Source: Paraphysomonas bandaiensis
Lineage: Eukaryota; Protista; Chrysophyceae
Direction of reading: 5' to 3'
NCBI GenBank assembly: GCA_965644295.1
Contig: CBFFRP010000201.1
Coordinates: 1-64,000 of the forward strand
DNA length: 64,000 nucleotides
Under the pieces are notes generated by a model. The model worked only from the letters and a program-made list of their open reading frames with translations. It ran no database searches and was not told where the DNA came from. Of this stretch, positions 46,506 through 64,000 are shown piece by piece. Each line of letters starts with the position of its first letter. The stretch's first letter is position 1. Made by a program: the position numbers and the translations under genes.

Positions 46506-46805
46506 TTTGGGCCCTGACGAATAAACAGGCATCCGGGAGTGGGCCCACCTCAAGGGTAATCGGGGTATTGGGCTGCCTGCTGAAGTCAAGCATCCGGGAT
46601 ATTCACCTTACGAACTCAGAGCGGAAGTGGTCGCACCTTGGTGCTTGCGGCAACGCACAAGCAGCTTCCGTAGCGCTAAATAGTAGGATAAAAAAAGTGC
46701 GTACTGATTAGTTACAGGTAGAGGTCTAACTAGTTTGTCTAGCATTCATCTAGCTACTAAGTTGGTGCAGGTTTTTAACGCCTATTGCTAATAATAAGAC
46801 TTTCA
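46506..46805 (-). repeat. Dispersed repeat module A, copy 2 (inverted)
   Basis: Reverse complement is similar to 31771-32145. Confidence 0.85.
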
Positions 46806-47024
46806 ATATCACATTATGCGCTGTCAACAATCCTAACTATTAAATTATATTCGTAGTAGCACAGTACTGACTGAATTACGTTAAGAGAGATAGTGAAATT
46901 ATGATGTTGTAGCACTGTGATTGAGGAAACACACCAGTCATAACACCAACATTCTGTTATACAAATCGTATCTCTAACAGCTACTATACTTTTAGTTTAT
47001 TTGTATACTTCGAATAGCTACTCT

Positions 47025-47123
47025 CAGGGCCTGGTAACCGTTAATGGTAATGGCATTAATGGCCATTATAATTTCCGGGAATCGGACTACCATTAATGGA
47101 CCATTAACGGATACCAGGCCCTG
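47025..47123. mobile_element. 99-bp MITE, hAT-like
   Basis: 24-bp TIRs CAGGGCCTGGTA(A/T)CCGTTAATGGT with 1 mismatch. Flanks GCTACTCT (47017-47024) and GCTAC(C)TCT form an imperfect 8-bp TSD. Confidence 0.8.
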
Positions 47124-47422
47124 GCTACCTCTATAGTGTAGTCCTGTATATTCGGTATTTCATTGCTACATAGAATACTGGATAGCTACTAGCAATAGGC
47201 GTCAACAAGCTTCAAGTACGCAAGTAGGAGTTGGTTGTAATACTAACTCTTCATGACGATTAATTATTATATCAGGTCTAAAAGAACATTTTCTGTCCAG
47301 TACCCTATCCTACATGCAACTTTTACACACTCAAATTGGAGTTTTACAGCGTCTAAAATTGCGCTATTCAAAATTAACTTCGCACGCAATAGTAAACACT
47401 GTACATATCATGAGGCGTCATG

Positions 47423-50400
47423 TTATTCCTCCTCCTCCTCATCATCATCATCCATTATTCTTCTCTGCTTGAAAGGAGGTGCGGTAGTTGCCGCCCGCTC
47501 GCCATTGCTATCTCCAACTTCGAACTCTAGTTCTTCGTCTCCATCATCAGATGATCTTTCAGATCGTTTGATCCCTCCAGATACCATGAGCTTGGGTTTT
47601 GATTGCATGTCAGCGATATCCATTTCCCCCTCACTATCCGAATCAAACAATTCCTTCTCTTCATCAGGATTCGTGGTTTCCTTGGCTCTTTTATTATCTG
47701 ACGAGGAATAATCATCATCATCATCAGAGCTTCCTAAAATGTCATTTATGCTGTCTTGACCAGCAACAGTCGCATTGGACTTTTTATCCCCACTGTCACT
47801 TTCCAAATAACCAAGATCATCGTCGACGAAATCATCCGTGGGCAAATCGTCATCACCCTTGTTTTGTTTTCCTTTCTTTTTCTTTTTAGTTTTCTTTTCA
47901 CCCGCAGCTCCAGATGTTTTGCTTTCGGTGGCAGTCCATGACTCCTTCAGACGCTCAAATTCCTTATGCTTCTGTCTCGCCTTCTCCTGTTGCTCTTCAC
48001 GAGCTCGTTGTTGGCGTTCCAATTCTTCAGCTCGCTCTTTCTGTCTTTGTGCCTGCCGTAAGTTGTGCTCTTCCTGCTGCTTAGCTCTCAACTCAAGAGC
48101 TTTGTTTTCTTCACTCTGAGCTCGACTCATGTATACTCTAGCCTTATCAATATTTTCCTGTCGTATATTGTTACATATATCGGAATCTTCGTAAGTGGTG
48201 TCTTACCAGGCAAAATTTTTCATGGTCCTCAGCCTTAGAAGGCTTATACTTACTTTCCTTAGAGGACGCAGACAGTAGAGCAGGCTGCTTCAGTGCTCGG
48301 AATAGTCCAATGGCTTGTTCCAATTCATCAATTGCATGTGAAATATCGGCAACTGATTTGTGCTGGCGACATAGTTTAACTGCGTACTCTTCTTTTGCAC
48401 AAGCAATGTTAAACCAGTTATGAGTTTGAGATGGGTCACGGTAAAGTGCTTTCAACAAAACACGAACAGTATCATCATACTGCTCGTTTTTGAAATGCGA
48501 TAGCGCCAAACACTCACTGACTGCGACAAAATTATGGCACTGGGATTGTACTGCAGGTGACACCAGAATGGACTTCAGAACTGAGTGGTATATGTATGTT
48601 GCATCGACCAACTTGCCCTGTATCATGTGCATGTGGCCGAGGTTGAGACTAATTTCATGCGTCATAGGCATATGAGCTTCTCGGGCCTATGGTACAGGGT
48701 TAATTTCAGGGCCCTATCTTAAGCAAATATTATGCCATTACCCTTGAAAATATTTCGCGAGCAATGTCGTTTTGCTCTTGCGCAGCGCATACCATACCGA
48801 GACCATTAGCCGCAAATACATTTCGAGGGTCTTCTCTGAGAACGAGGTGATAAAATTTAAAACTGTCTTTGAGGAAGCTCTTCTTCGTTGAAATGTTAGA
48901 AAAGTATAAATTTCCTGCAGTAATCTTCAGAAATTCATGTTGAAAAACACATACACGGCATACCTAACGAGAGCAACGACCTAGCGTCATGATGGCGTTG
49001 ACGACATATCGTTTCATACTTCTTCTTTGCAGGCTCCCATTTCTCCATCAGACCTAGTAAATCTCCTATAAACAATTAACATCAGCGCATGCATATAAAG
49101 TGCACGCCACATCCTACCATGCACGACATTGGCATCAGCACTTTCAGGATCACACTGCAGTGCTTTGGATATCCAGTACAACGCTTCATCCAGCCTCCCG
49201 ATTTCTTTCGCCATTAAACTCAAGCGAATATAGCCTTCAAACATTATTAGAATAATAGTAATATGACGTGACGAACGATACATTCTAGAAATGCTGGATG
49301 CATCTTCGATAGTTCAACGTATATTTCTCTGGCAGCATGATAATACCCGAAATCTTCCTGAATGCGAGCCAGGTTAAAGCAGTTGGATATTGTGTCCATA
49401 TTGAAATTGTTCCCCGGGATTTTCTTCCGTAAAGTGCATGTGCGTCCTGCGGGAAAGGGAAACGAGCAGCGACACTTTATGAAATCTGCGTGGACTTCAG
49501 TTACTGTCAGCAACACTTCTCCAGCTAGAATATCATCGTCGACATGAAATGTTTCAGATAAATCTGAATTATCATTGGTGGAGTGGTGAACCCTCATAAC
49601 GCATCCTAAAGGAGATGATTCATCACATCTTTCACTTGTTGCTTCACATAACTCTTGAGACCATGAGTAAAATATATCGTTTTCTGGTCGTCGAAATAAA
49701 GGGTTCAGTGGCTTGCTAGAATCCGTGTCAGATACTGCATTTTGCTGCAGCGAGCGCCGCATGTAATCATTCGCTACAGACAACTTCCCGAGACTATGGT
49801 AGAGCACCCCCATATTTAACAACACATGACTGTGTGGAACGAGACCCTGCTTGTTCATACAATCAAGAGCCATTTCGTAACACTTCAAAGCAGTTGGATA
49901 TTCCCCAGGGCCTTTTAGCTGCATCGTATGGCCCTGGGAGAGCCACAGATCCGCTTCAAATGCGAATCCCGGTGCTACTTCACGCAACTTGTCGAAAGAT
50001 GTTGACTCCTTCAGGTGAATAGATTTCAACAAAATAGTATACGCCTGAGTGTCTCGATCATCGGGATAAGCTCTCAACACCTGCCAATAAACTGTGTAAC
50101 TTAACATCCATACACAAAACAGAACCAATACCTCTCCAAACTTCTCCAAAGCATTAGAAAAGTCTTCTCGTGCAATGTAAAGTTGCCCCATCCCAAAGGC
50201 AGCTAGAGACATGTCAGGTTGTATTTTAAGGGCTTCTTCGTACAGCCTGAACGCCAGGTTAAATTCTCTCAGCATATGATACAGTCGGCCCAATATGTAC
50301 AAACTCTCAGCTCGAATGCCGGGTACATTGGTCGAGCGCAAAGCTTTAGTGGCATGATTCTTAACTTCATTTATCTTAGAAAATCCTTTGCTCTCAACTA

Positions 50401-51799
50401 GGCAAGACTGACCAATCCATTCGTGGGGCATTTCAGTTTCTAGAGTAATGTCAGCATATGAGGCACCCTCCAGTTGGTCATCATCACTCTTCACGATGCT
50501 CTCCACAGTAGTGATGAACGCCTTCCTGATTTGCAGCACATCTCGCACACGAAGGGAGTCGACGTAAGAGTTCGTAGTAACTCGAATTTGATTTGTTGAT
50601 ATCACTTCAGCTTGTTTGCTCAGGGGTCGCCACGTGTAAAAACAGTGATTGGCCATGTGATTCAGTGCCATAGAACAGGTGGGGTCAATCTCAGCCGCAA
50701 GAAGACACAAGTCGTACGCTATCTCTCTACACTCAGCCTTGCGCTTTTTATCTGCTTTCTGGGATTCCATGCGCTCAAGTAGAGCCAGCATAACAAGTGC
50801 ATCAACATTAGCAGGCTGTGGAGTAATATAAATTATATGTAACACAATCTGCGATACACAATCCACATTATACGTACATTCGCCGCCAGTGCTCGGTCTA
50901 AGGCCGCTCGTGTTTCATCAAATTGCTCCAGACGAAACGTACATGTCGCAATTGCCACCCAGACATTCGAGCCACATTTAGAGTTGTGGTGTAGAGCCTT
51001 CGTGAAGTAATTTAGTGCAGAAGAATACTTCTTATTCGTAAACGCGACACACCCCTGAAAAAATATAAGCGCAAATATTCGCCTCTAAGCACAGGACATA
51101 CCAAGCCAAGCAGAGATCCATATAGGTATACCCTCTTATCTTTATTCCCCGGTTTGTTTGCCGCTTCATGGGCACTCTTTAGCCAGTACTCGGCATTCTT
51201 CAATGTTCCTGGATGCACTCCATCACAACCATAAAAATTTCATGATAATCTAACCGTATGCCAGCTCGTAGAATGCTTTGATTAACCAGGTATATTCGTT
51301 TAAGGGGTTCACAATTTCGGCTTTCTTTATATATTGCTCAATCTCTTTCCCCCGATCAATTTCAGAAGAAGGATCATCTACGTTCTGAGTGCAATATAGC
51401 GAATAGGCCGCTAATGCATCCAATATTTCAACGATACCATCCTTATACTCTCCTTTCTTAACATAATACTCTTCCGCCTCTGTAAGATTACACAGTCATA
51501 TACATGATCTGTGAGTTGATAAGCATACTGCACCTGGATCACTGGCTATCTCAGTGAGCACCTTCTCAAAATTCGATCTCTGTCCCTGTCTATAGTACTC
51601 CACCTGCACAGTATCACACTGTATTCACAGTAATACATAAGCATCTTACAGCAACAGATCTCCATATTTTAAGTGGTGCAAATTCAGCTCGTAGTACATC
51701 GAGTATATCATCGATATCATGAGGCAGTTCATCGGGGAAGATCTCCACACATTCAGAGCTATTGGCTATAGGGATACGCAGGGATTTAGATGAGGTCAT
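47423..51799 (-). CDS. CTR9: RNA polymerase II-associated Paf1 complex subunit CTR9 (TPR protein), multi-exon
   Basis: N-terminus LRIPI...DELP.D..DILDVLRAEFAPL..W; TPR array; ALNHMANH; RNVFAANGLGMV; NLGH; acidic/basic C-terminal tail. Confidence 0.88.
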
Positions 51800-52338
51800 A
51801 TGCGTAATAATGAGGGGAGAATGAAGGGAGGGATGTTTTCCAGTGCAGTGTTTAGCACTGTGCTGTGGTCAGATATATGATGAGGCTGTATGTCTATGTA
51901 TGTATGTAGAGTCGTGTGTGAGTGTGATGCATTGATGCATATGCTGTACGAGAGGTACAGCAGTGTAGTACTCCTGTACGTGTATTACGACTATACAACT
52001 ATACCATAGACGTACTCGTATACCTATAAGCTATACGTACTACTACACATACATATGAAGTACCCGTGCAGAACAAGCACTGTATACGCTCTGTATATAC
52101 CGCCGTATACAGTTTGAATTTTGGAATATACAGACAGTCCCAGCTGCATACTGTGTATGGTATGCTATGTACAGCAGTATGTACTGTGTGTGTATGTGTG
52201 TATGTATGATATGAAGTAGGAGTGAAGTGTGTGTATGTTCTCATATTGATTCTCATTCGAGTCATAGACCTCCATATGCTCTCATTATACATACCCATCC
52301 ATTGGTACTAACACCCACACCTCCCCCCACTATCCTCC

Positions 52339-56989
<4,651 letters not shown>

Positions 56990-58452
56990 AAATACTGTGG
57001 ATTTTGCGGTGTGCATATATTGTTTAGTTTTCGCCAGTATTAGCACTTTTTTCTGTATTGAATTGACTATAGATGTGGGCATGTATATACTGTGAATGAC
57101 TTTTTTAGTGTGTAGAATGATATAAAACGCGTTATCATTAAGTTACGTCATCATTTTGAAGTCCGGGGGCTTTAGAAACTTGTCAAAATATATTGCACAG
57201 TACCCGCGTAAATTTGAAGTGTTTTCGGCACTTAACTCTTCCCAATATAGCTCCGCGAAGACGATGTCACTTTTAGCAGTGTATTGGCACTGCAGTATAC
57301 TCGCAACTAACAGCATACGATATAACGAAGTATTATACAATAGTCATGTAAGACGATGTACATATGGGATCATTATCGGATTGACTGAATAAATTCTTCC
57401 CCATAGCCAATCAACTGTTTGAGCTGGCGATACATCAAGTATAGGTTCCTATCTTATTTTCCGGAATGTTATATACATGGACTTATATTTTGCACCCTAC
57501 AGATAAAAAGCTGTCGGTTTATGACTATCAAAATATTGATTGCACTAAATGAATCACATTTGCTGTGTAACACAAAATTAAAGCTGCCTAAAATACGCAA
57601 TATCAGCTACATTGTTCAATTATTAACTTAAAATATATAATATTAAAAAGTTTATAACCACCGAAAAAGAAGTTATACGTACATAAATAAAACACACGTT
57701 CATAAAGATCAATAGTTTATATTGCAGTATACCTGACCACGTACAGACAAGAGTTTTGATGTTGTTGTTGTGAGTTAATGGCACTTGCGGCCCCAGTGAA
57801 CCTCACGCTATTATCATATAGGGATATGTCATATATATCTATATGATAGTGTTGCATGTACACACGGGCTCACATATCGCCGCCCATGTGCACTAGTGTG
57901 AAGACTAGCAGAACATGAGTTGCATTATATGCGTAGCTATGAGAAGGCCAACACGGGTGGGCAGCAAAGATGGTGATGTGATGGCTGTGTTGTTATGATT
58001 CAACTCTGTGATCATTCTGTCTGAATGGGGCGATATCTTCATATCAACTGCTGTGTGGCCATATGCTGGACATGCACATCCATATCTCCATATGCACCTA
58101 CAGGTACCAGTGCATACAACAGTACTGTGAGGAGACAGGAGTATACACAGCACAAGATATAGAAAATCTTTGTTTTCATGAAAAGCTGCAGTTTTGATGT
58201 GTGAATATGTGAATATACTCTATTTTCAACGGGTATTCCACGATGATACGGTTCCTGTACTCTACCCACATGTACTGCTCTATAAAATGTACTGCTGTAT
58301 GTAGAGGGTACAGACATAGTGCTGTACATGTATACCGTATACGCGTACAGCATATATGTACTGTACAGCAGTACACACAGCGGTACACATGAGCCGCTTA
58401 ACACTCACATCCTCATCACATACAACACACCCTCCACACCTCCCCATCCTCC

Positions 58453-61400
58453 ATGTCACCTCTCCATCTCCTTATCCTTCTATCCTCCATCCTCTCAGAC
58501 AGTGTCGGATGGTCCTCCTATCCCCCATTAATGGATATAAGCCCCTCCAATCCCTCTGACTCATATGACAATCATACACATCATAACAACACATACATAT
58601 GCCTCTATACATGCGAGAAGGCAAGATTAAATTATATATATGGATTCAAACTTCAAGCATTGCAGATCATTCAACTTCAACTTGATGTTGTGACGGATAT
58701 GTGTCGTGATTACTGCTTATCACAACTCGCACACATACTCTGCAAAGAGAATATCACTCTGAGACAATCATCTGATGAGATTACTTATAACACGACTGAG
58801 TATGATGTGACTGTCTCACTAGATCAAAGTGATATTGTTTCATTAACCGAAGTGTGTCCTAGGTGTGTTGATTCTCTCATCCATAACAGTGAGGCAGATA
58901 GAGTGGATGTACAGTTAGTACCTCCTTCTGGCAGTAGTTTATGCACTCAGTGTACTTACAAGATGTATGAGGATGCATCTGATTGCACCACTGCTATAGT
59001 GCCTTCTCTGACGAGTCCTATGGATTGTTTGGTGGAGGGGTACCCCCTGTCTCTTGTGGAAGAAGGATTCCGGCGAAGCTTGCAGTGTCGCGAGACTGAT
59101 TACCGCCATTTCAAAGTAGCAGTTCCTGTAGTTGACCCTCGTGCAATGTCACACGAGGACGGATTCTGGCCTCCCCGATTGAGAATTGGTTTTTTTTCAG
59201 GATTACGATGTGACAGTAGTGAGTTTGATAGGATACGTATTACGGCTTCTATGATTGACAGCAAGTTTTTTTCCGTATACTTATTGTGCAGAGGGAGAAA
59301 CAGGCATGATGGATCCACACCTGAACTGGGACTACAGTCTCACAGTGATAAATCTGAATCACGACTTTGTGATTCTGTTGTAAATATTTTGAAAGACAAT
59401 GCAGATGCCGTGGTAAATCTGAAACTAGATGTACTTGTGGTGATCGTAGCTGGTATGAAAGAAACGGGTATTGAATCTTACGGAGACTGCCCGAAGATGA
59501 GAAGTATTGCTCCTTCCTTTGCACGGAGGAGTGCTATTTACATTCCACACCCCATTGATCCCACAGTGCTGTATCAACAACCTGTCGTTGGTATTTTCGA
59601 CTACGTATTTTCTCCGGAGAAGGTCGTTGTTAAAATTGATGTAAACAGTGAATGCAACAACAATACTGCTTTTCAGTATGACTATAGTTTGGATATGCAC
59701 GTGTTTTCTGTACGTGATTTGGAGAGCCGGGCACAGGTAGCTGCACCGCTCAGGAAAACACAACCTACTATTCTTTCATCCAGGTATCTGCACTCTTTAC
59801 TGCCTCCCGTGAAGCCGTATAGTATGCGTGATATTTTGTCGATTTCGTTCAGAACAGAGGATGGGCATTCTATCTCTGATCTTGATCAGTGTGGTACTTC
59901 CTGGTCAGGTCATCCCCCTCTTTCCGTATTACTACGCTGTATCGGAAAGGAAAAGTCCTTGCGCAAGGACAACTACTGGTCTGATATTGCTACACCTTGC
60001 ATTCGAGTGAGCAAACCGTCTTTCCTCGTTCGTGCAGCTTCATCCTTCGTCCTGAGGTCTGTCGTAAAAGCTTTGCGCAAACGAGATGCAGCATGTTTGA
60101 TTGTGGTGTATGCGGACTTTCACCTTACAGGCATCGACAGGAAATTACTGAATGTGTGCTCCAACGAATCTGATTTATTTGATGATTGCACGTATATTCT
60201 AAATAGTGAAAACTTAAGCTATCGCATGCGAGCAACAGTTTTCTCCTCGGCTGATGTCATTATTCACATACCTGACACTCGGGTTCAAATTACGGATACA
60301 ACAGTTTACGATATTCATGAAATGCTTTCTTCTGGTACTGCAGTATTGTCCCTTCAGATGGAAAGTGAAACGCGAACGGTTCATACTCATGGGCTATATG
60401 AAATGTTAGGCCTCCAATCGTCAAAGTTCATTGCAGCAAATGTAAATGATGTGGTGTGTATGGCATACAACGTGGCGGTAAATGCTTCAGAGAAGGAACT
60501 CCATAGACGAGCTGTTGCAGATATACTATCGAATAAAGATAGTCTTCGTGTAAATCTTGCTTGGAAAAAACTGCTATTATTTGCTGCCTTGACTCCCTTG
60601 CACCGCCAATTCACCATTGGCGGTCATTATTCCGTCGTCGATATTGAAAAGGTGGGCCTCTTAAGCCCCAGGGAATTCTTTCCCAGTCACCCAGTGGACG
60701 TTTACAGTCGCCAGAGTTATGGGTGGGTTCCTGTTCTCATATTTTTACTGATATATATGTTCACTAGTTTTATGTAGGTGGGAGCGGATTCATTACTCTT
60801 ATGATATTCCGTTAGATGATTATAACTTTTTGGTATTGCGTATTCCTGCTGCGTACCTACACCAGGTCGCATGTGATGAAAATATTCAAGGAGGCTGGGT
60901 GGTGTCTGCAGAAAAACGTTTTTCAAACTCAACATTCACAGGTTTTTCGAGATCACTGGCATTCAATGAAATTGCCGGGTTCAACCAACAGCCCATCGAG
61001 TCGCATACTGATCTGCAGTATACGAAAAGTTTCACTTCATACTCTGCGCATTCCACTATGGTGCTCCAGATTTGGAAGGAGGATGATTGGAAGCGGTGTG
61101 TGATAGCAATGACGGAATACATGGAGCGCATTGATAGATTTTATATCGGAACACTAGGTATGATATGTATTATTTCAATAATATTAGTAACATGTATCAA
61201 AGTTGGGCGATGGATGGCTCGTGACAAATTTCCCGTTACGTCACAACACCAGTATACTTTCGTAACACAACCTTCGGATAATGTACATTGGCGACCTGGA
61301 ATTGGTTCGCTGGATTATGTTGTCTCTTTGCGCGACGGACCACTGATACCCGAAGTAGTAGCTGTTGATCATCTCAACTCGCGAATGCTTCTTTATGTAA

Positions 61401-62934
61401 ACGAAAGCTGGGATACTGGTGGTTTTGAAATATCTTACTCTAATCTGCAACTCGAGTTTCCCGTGTTGTTATTGGAAGGAGACGACCCGGGGCAGGTTCA
61501 AGAGTGGTATCAGATGAAATATGGATGGGATGATGAATTCAAGCTCTCACTTTCGAAACAACTCATTATGGCTGGAGTAAACGAAGATTTTGTTGGGAGT
61601 AAAACAGCTTTACAACTTCGCCGGGAGGGAATGATCCTATTTAGTTTTCCAACTGGCAACTCTTCTATGCGAACAGCACTTTCGGGCGGTGATCCAGATT
61701 CTAGCAGTCTTTTTGACGATGTCGGAGAGCTGACCTGCTCTGAAGATACTAGCCGAGAAATTCATGATTCTCGTATGGCCTTTGCTGCGGATCCTACTAG
61801 TGAAGCTGACAATTCAATCTCGATTGTTCTTACGACATGCAGGCGACTCTCGCACTTCATACGCGTTGCGAGCTCGCTTCATTCATTGTTAGAAACGTTT
61901 CCAAGTGACTTTGTTCTCCAAGTAGTTGTTGTGGATGATGCATCCTCAGGTATATTGTTTTTAACGTCGAATACCTAGTCTAATCTGTTGTCAGTCGATG
62001 ACCGAATAAGGATGCTGACCATGTTTGAGAGTTTTACATTCTTATTTAAAAGTAGTGATTCACGAGGGCACGCAAGTAGCCTTAACCTAATGATGAGAAT
62101 AGTGACGTCCAGGTTTTTGTTGTACTTAGAGGATGACTGGCTACCCCTGGCCGTCCCTTTGATGGATCATGATTTCGCATCCGGATTACAAGCTCGAAGT
62201 GATTGTTCCGGAAATAGTTATTGCTCGTTTTATTGGATTTTGAAAGCTGCAGTGGATGTGATTAACAACAGTTTATATGGTAACTCGACTACTCTCGAAC
62301 CTGTTGCTCAGGTATTGCTCAACGAACAGGCGACAAGTGGCTGCGCTAGAGGCCTGCTTCCCATACAATACAGCAACCAAGACACTGATTTTATACTACG
62401 TCAGCGATTATCGCTGCGGTGCGATGTGAGTGTTATAGGTAAAGGAGGATGGAGCCGGATGGCCGAAGCGCAGTCGTCATGTCTCAATGAAGGTTCTATT
62501 GGCAATGAAGATAGAATTGTATACAGAATCCATGAGTTCGGATTGGCCGGGGGAATTTTGGTATGTGTGCGATAAACCGGGGAACGTTCATCCTTACTCT
62601 GTAGCAGGCGTATGACCAGCGCGTACATGGACATACAGTGTGGCCAGGCCTTAGTTTAAATCCAGGCACACTTCCCTCTATTGTGCTGATTCTAATATCT
62701 GATTATTGTTTTGCAGGGGTTTGGGACTTGGCACAAATGCGCTATGCTTTTCATAGTTGCTTTGCAAGAAATAGCATCTTTGATGAACAGGATGAGGCAT
62801 TTGAACATAGATTTACACTAATCGGAAGTATTGTGGGGTTAAACGTAGCGTTTTTTCCAATTGTATCGTTTATTCACACTGGAGAAGATATATCAGCCTA
62901 TGTACTTAACAACTTCTCTCGCCCTTGGCAATAG
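58453..62934 (+). CDS. Large secretory-pathway glycosyltransferase-like protein (GT41/OGT-like region plus GT-A/GT2-like domain), multi-exon
   Basis: Hydrophobic N-terminus MSPLHLLILLSSILS. RLRIGFFS / LKLDVLV / EMLSSGTAVLSL give weak OGT-like similarity. C-terminal SIVLTTCRR, VVVVDDASS, RGHASSLN, LYLEDDW, WPGLSLNPGVW. Confidence 0.6.
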
Positions 62935-63184
62935 GTTTATAAATTTGGTATAGTGATTATTGTGAAATAGTTACTATTTTCTTATTTTTACAGTTTTTGT
63001 TGTGTTAAGTGAGAAGAAATTTTAGTTAATCTTCTCCGGTGTATAATTGATTTTTTTACGTAGTTCTGTCATATTTGAACTTATCAATCTAACTATTCGA
63101 TTAGGGTTAGGGTTATCAATATCTCATATTGACATATTTTATGTCATAGAATGAAATGATTGTGATTTATTTAATATCAGTTAT

Positions 63185-63824
63185 TTGAATTGGATGCGAT
63201 GTGCACGCTATAATCTGGCCTGGGGGGCTGATGAATTGAGGAAGGCGATAGCGGTAACCCATCAGCATATCATCCTACAGGATGCCCACTGTTATTTTCT
63301 TTACCCCTCTGGCCTCTTCATTGAACTTGATAATACCTTTCTCAGACTTGAAGCAAGTCTAGAGCAAGATCCCGCCTTAGATGGCCCCGGTAGCAGTGCA
63401 TTGCCTATAAGCCTAAAACACTAAAAATGCATCTATGACCTACCAAATGTCTCTTAGGTCCTCAACACCACACCAGCCATCACCCAACTACCTCCTCCCC
63501 GTCACTCTCGCAGCAGACTACAACAGGACCAGATCTATACCATCCCAGCTTACTGAAAGAACTCCCAAACCCCAGGACGTCAAAATCCACACAACCACTG
63601 CACCTCGTACTAAGAGTGAAAAACAAAATAATGTCCCTCTCCAGCACTATATAACAAACCCCTTCTGTACTTCAAGGACTCACGTCCATAGAGAGCTTCT
63701 CCCTCACATACAAGAACAAAAAACGAAGAGAGGAGGACAAGGGCAAGCCTTTTTTTCTACCCCCCAACGCCCCTGCAAGGGGCTCTTCTCTTCGAGAGTT
63801 TCAAATTACAACCTTCGGTTGTAA
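63185..63824 (+). pseudogene. Degenerate C/A-rich coding-like fragment, possibly a retroelement remnant
   Basis: Two short ORFs with TE-like composition, followed by an AT-rich tandem array. No recognisable domain. Confidence 0.25.
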
Positions 63825-63843
63825 TTCCTTCTCTTTGCTAATT

Positions 63844-64000
63844 TAACTTTATATATTATTAATAACTTAATTACTTTATATATTATTAATAACTTTTAAT
63901 TACTTTATATATTATTTATATTCTTAAATAAAATTAATTACTTTATATATTATTTATATTCTTAAATAAAATTAATTACTTTATATATTATTTATAATGT
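63844..64000. repeat. AT-rich tandem repeat (core TTACTTTATATATTATT; ~26- and 38-bp units), reaches the right edge
   Basis: Core repeated five times with variable spacers. Confidence 0.85.

Noticed and set aside
46512-46600. Hammerhead ribozyme (CTGACGA core) in repeat A
   Set aside because: No properly placed GAAA and stem II, and the core is not conserved in the other copy.
57850-57900. Helitron 3' end (hairpin plus CTAG)
   Set aside because: The hairpin is weak, and no 5' TC end or second copy was identified.

Overview
Compact eukaryotic (protist-type) genomic DNA with short, roughly 50-60 nt spliceosomal introns. A flagellated stramenopile-like organism is plausible but is inference only. 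The left 13 kb is mobile DNA. It contains (i) an intron-less minus-strand ORF of at least 782 codons (2347 to off the left edge) that the ORF track missed, ending in an OTU-protease-like motif, and (ii) a complete, apparently very young Ty3/Gypsy LTR retrotransposon (2773-13049, minus strand; 876-bp TG...CA LTRs with no difference found by eye; CTAG target-site duplication). This element is the main candidate for an undescribed system. Its Pol carries a SET (lysine methyltransferase) domain between RNase H and integrase. Gag-protease and Pol are in the same frame, separated by one UGA followed by a stem-loop (candidate readthrough). There is no tRNA-type PBS, but the PBS position is complementary to a stretch of the LTR (candidate self-priming). 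The gag ATG lies inside the LTR, the protease motif reads DHG, and a perfect three-way junction precedes the PPT. From 14 to 63 kb are mostly divergently paired host genes: AdoMetDC, ABC1/ADCK kinase, IMP4, EFHB/CFAP21-like, ITPK1, LSM1, a CCDC81-HU + calcyphosin-like EF-hand protein with a ~99% identical internal duplication, GTPBP1/2, UFD1-UBX, an EML5/6-like WD40 protein, CTR9, a RECQL4-like helicase and a secreted glycosyltransferase. Also present are a 99-bp hAT-like MITE, two dispersed repeat modules and microsatellites. Exon boundaries were read by eye and are approximate.
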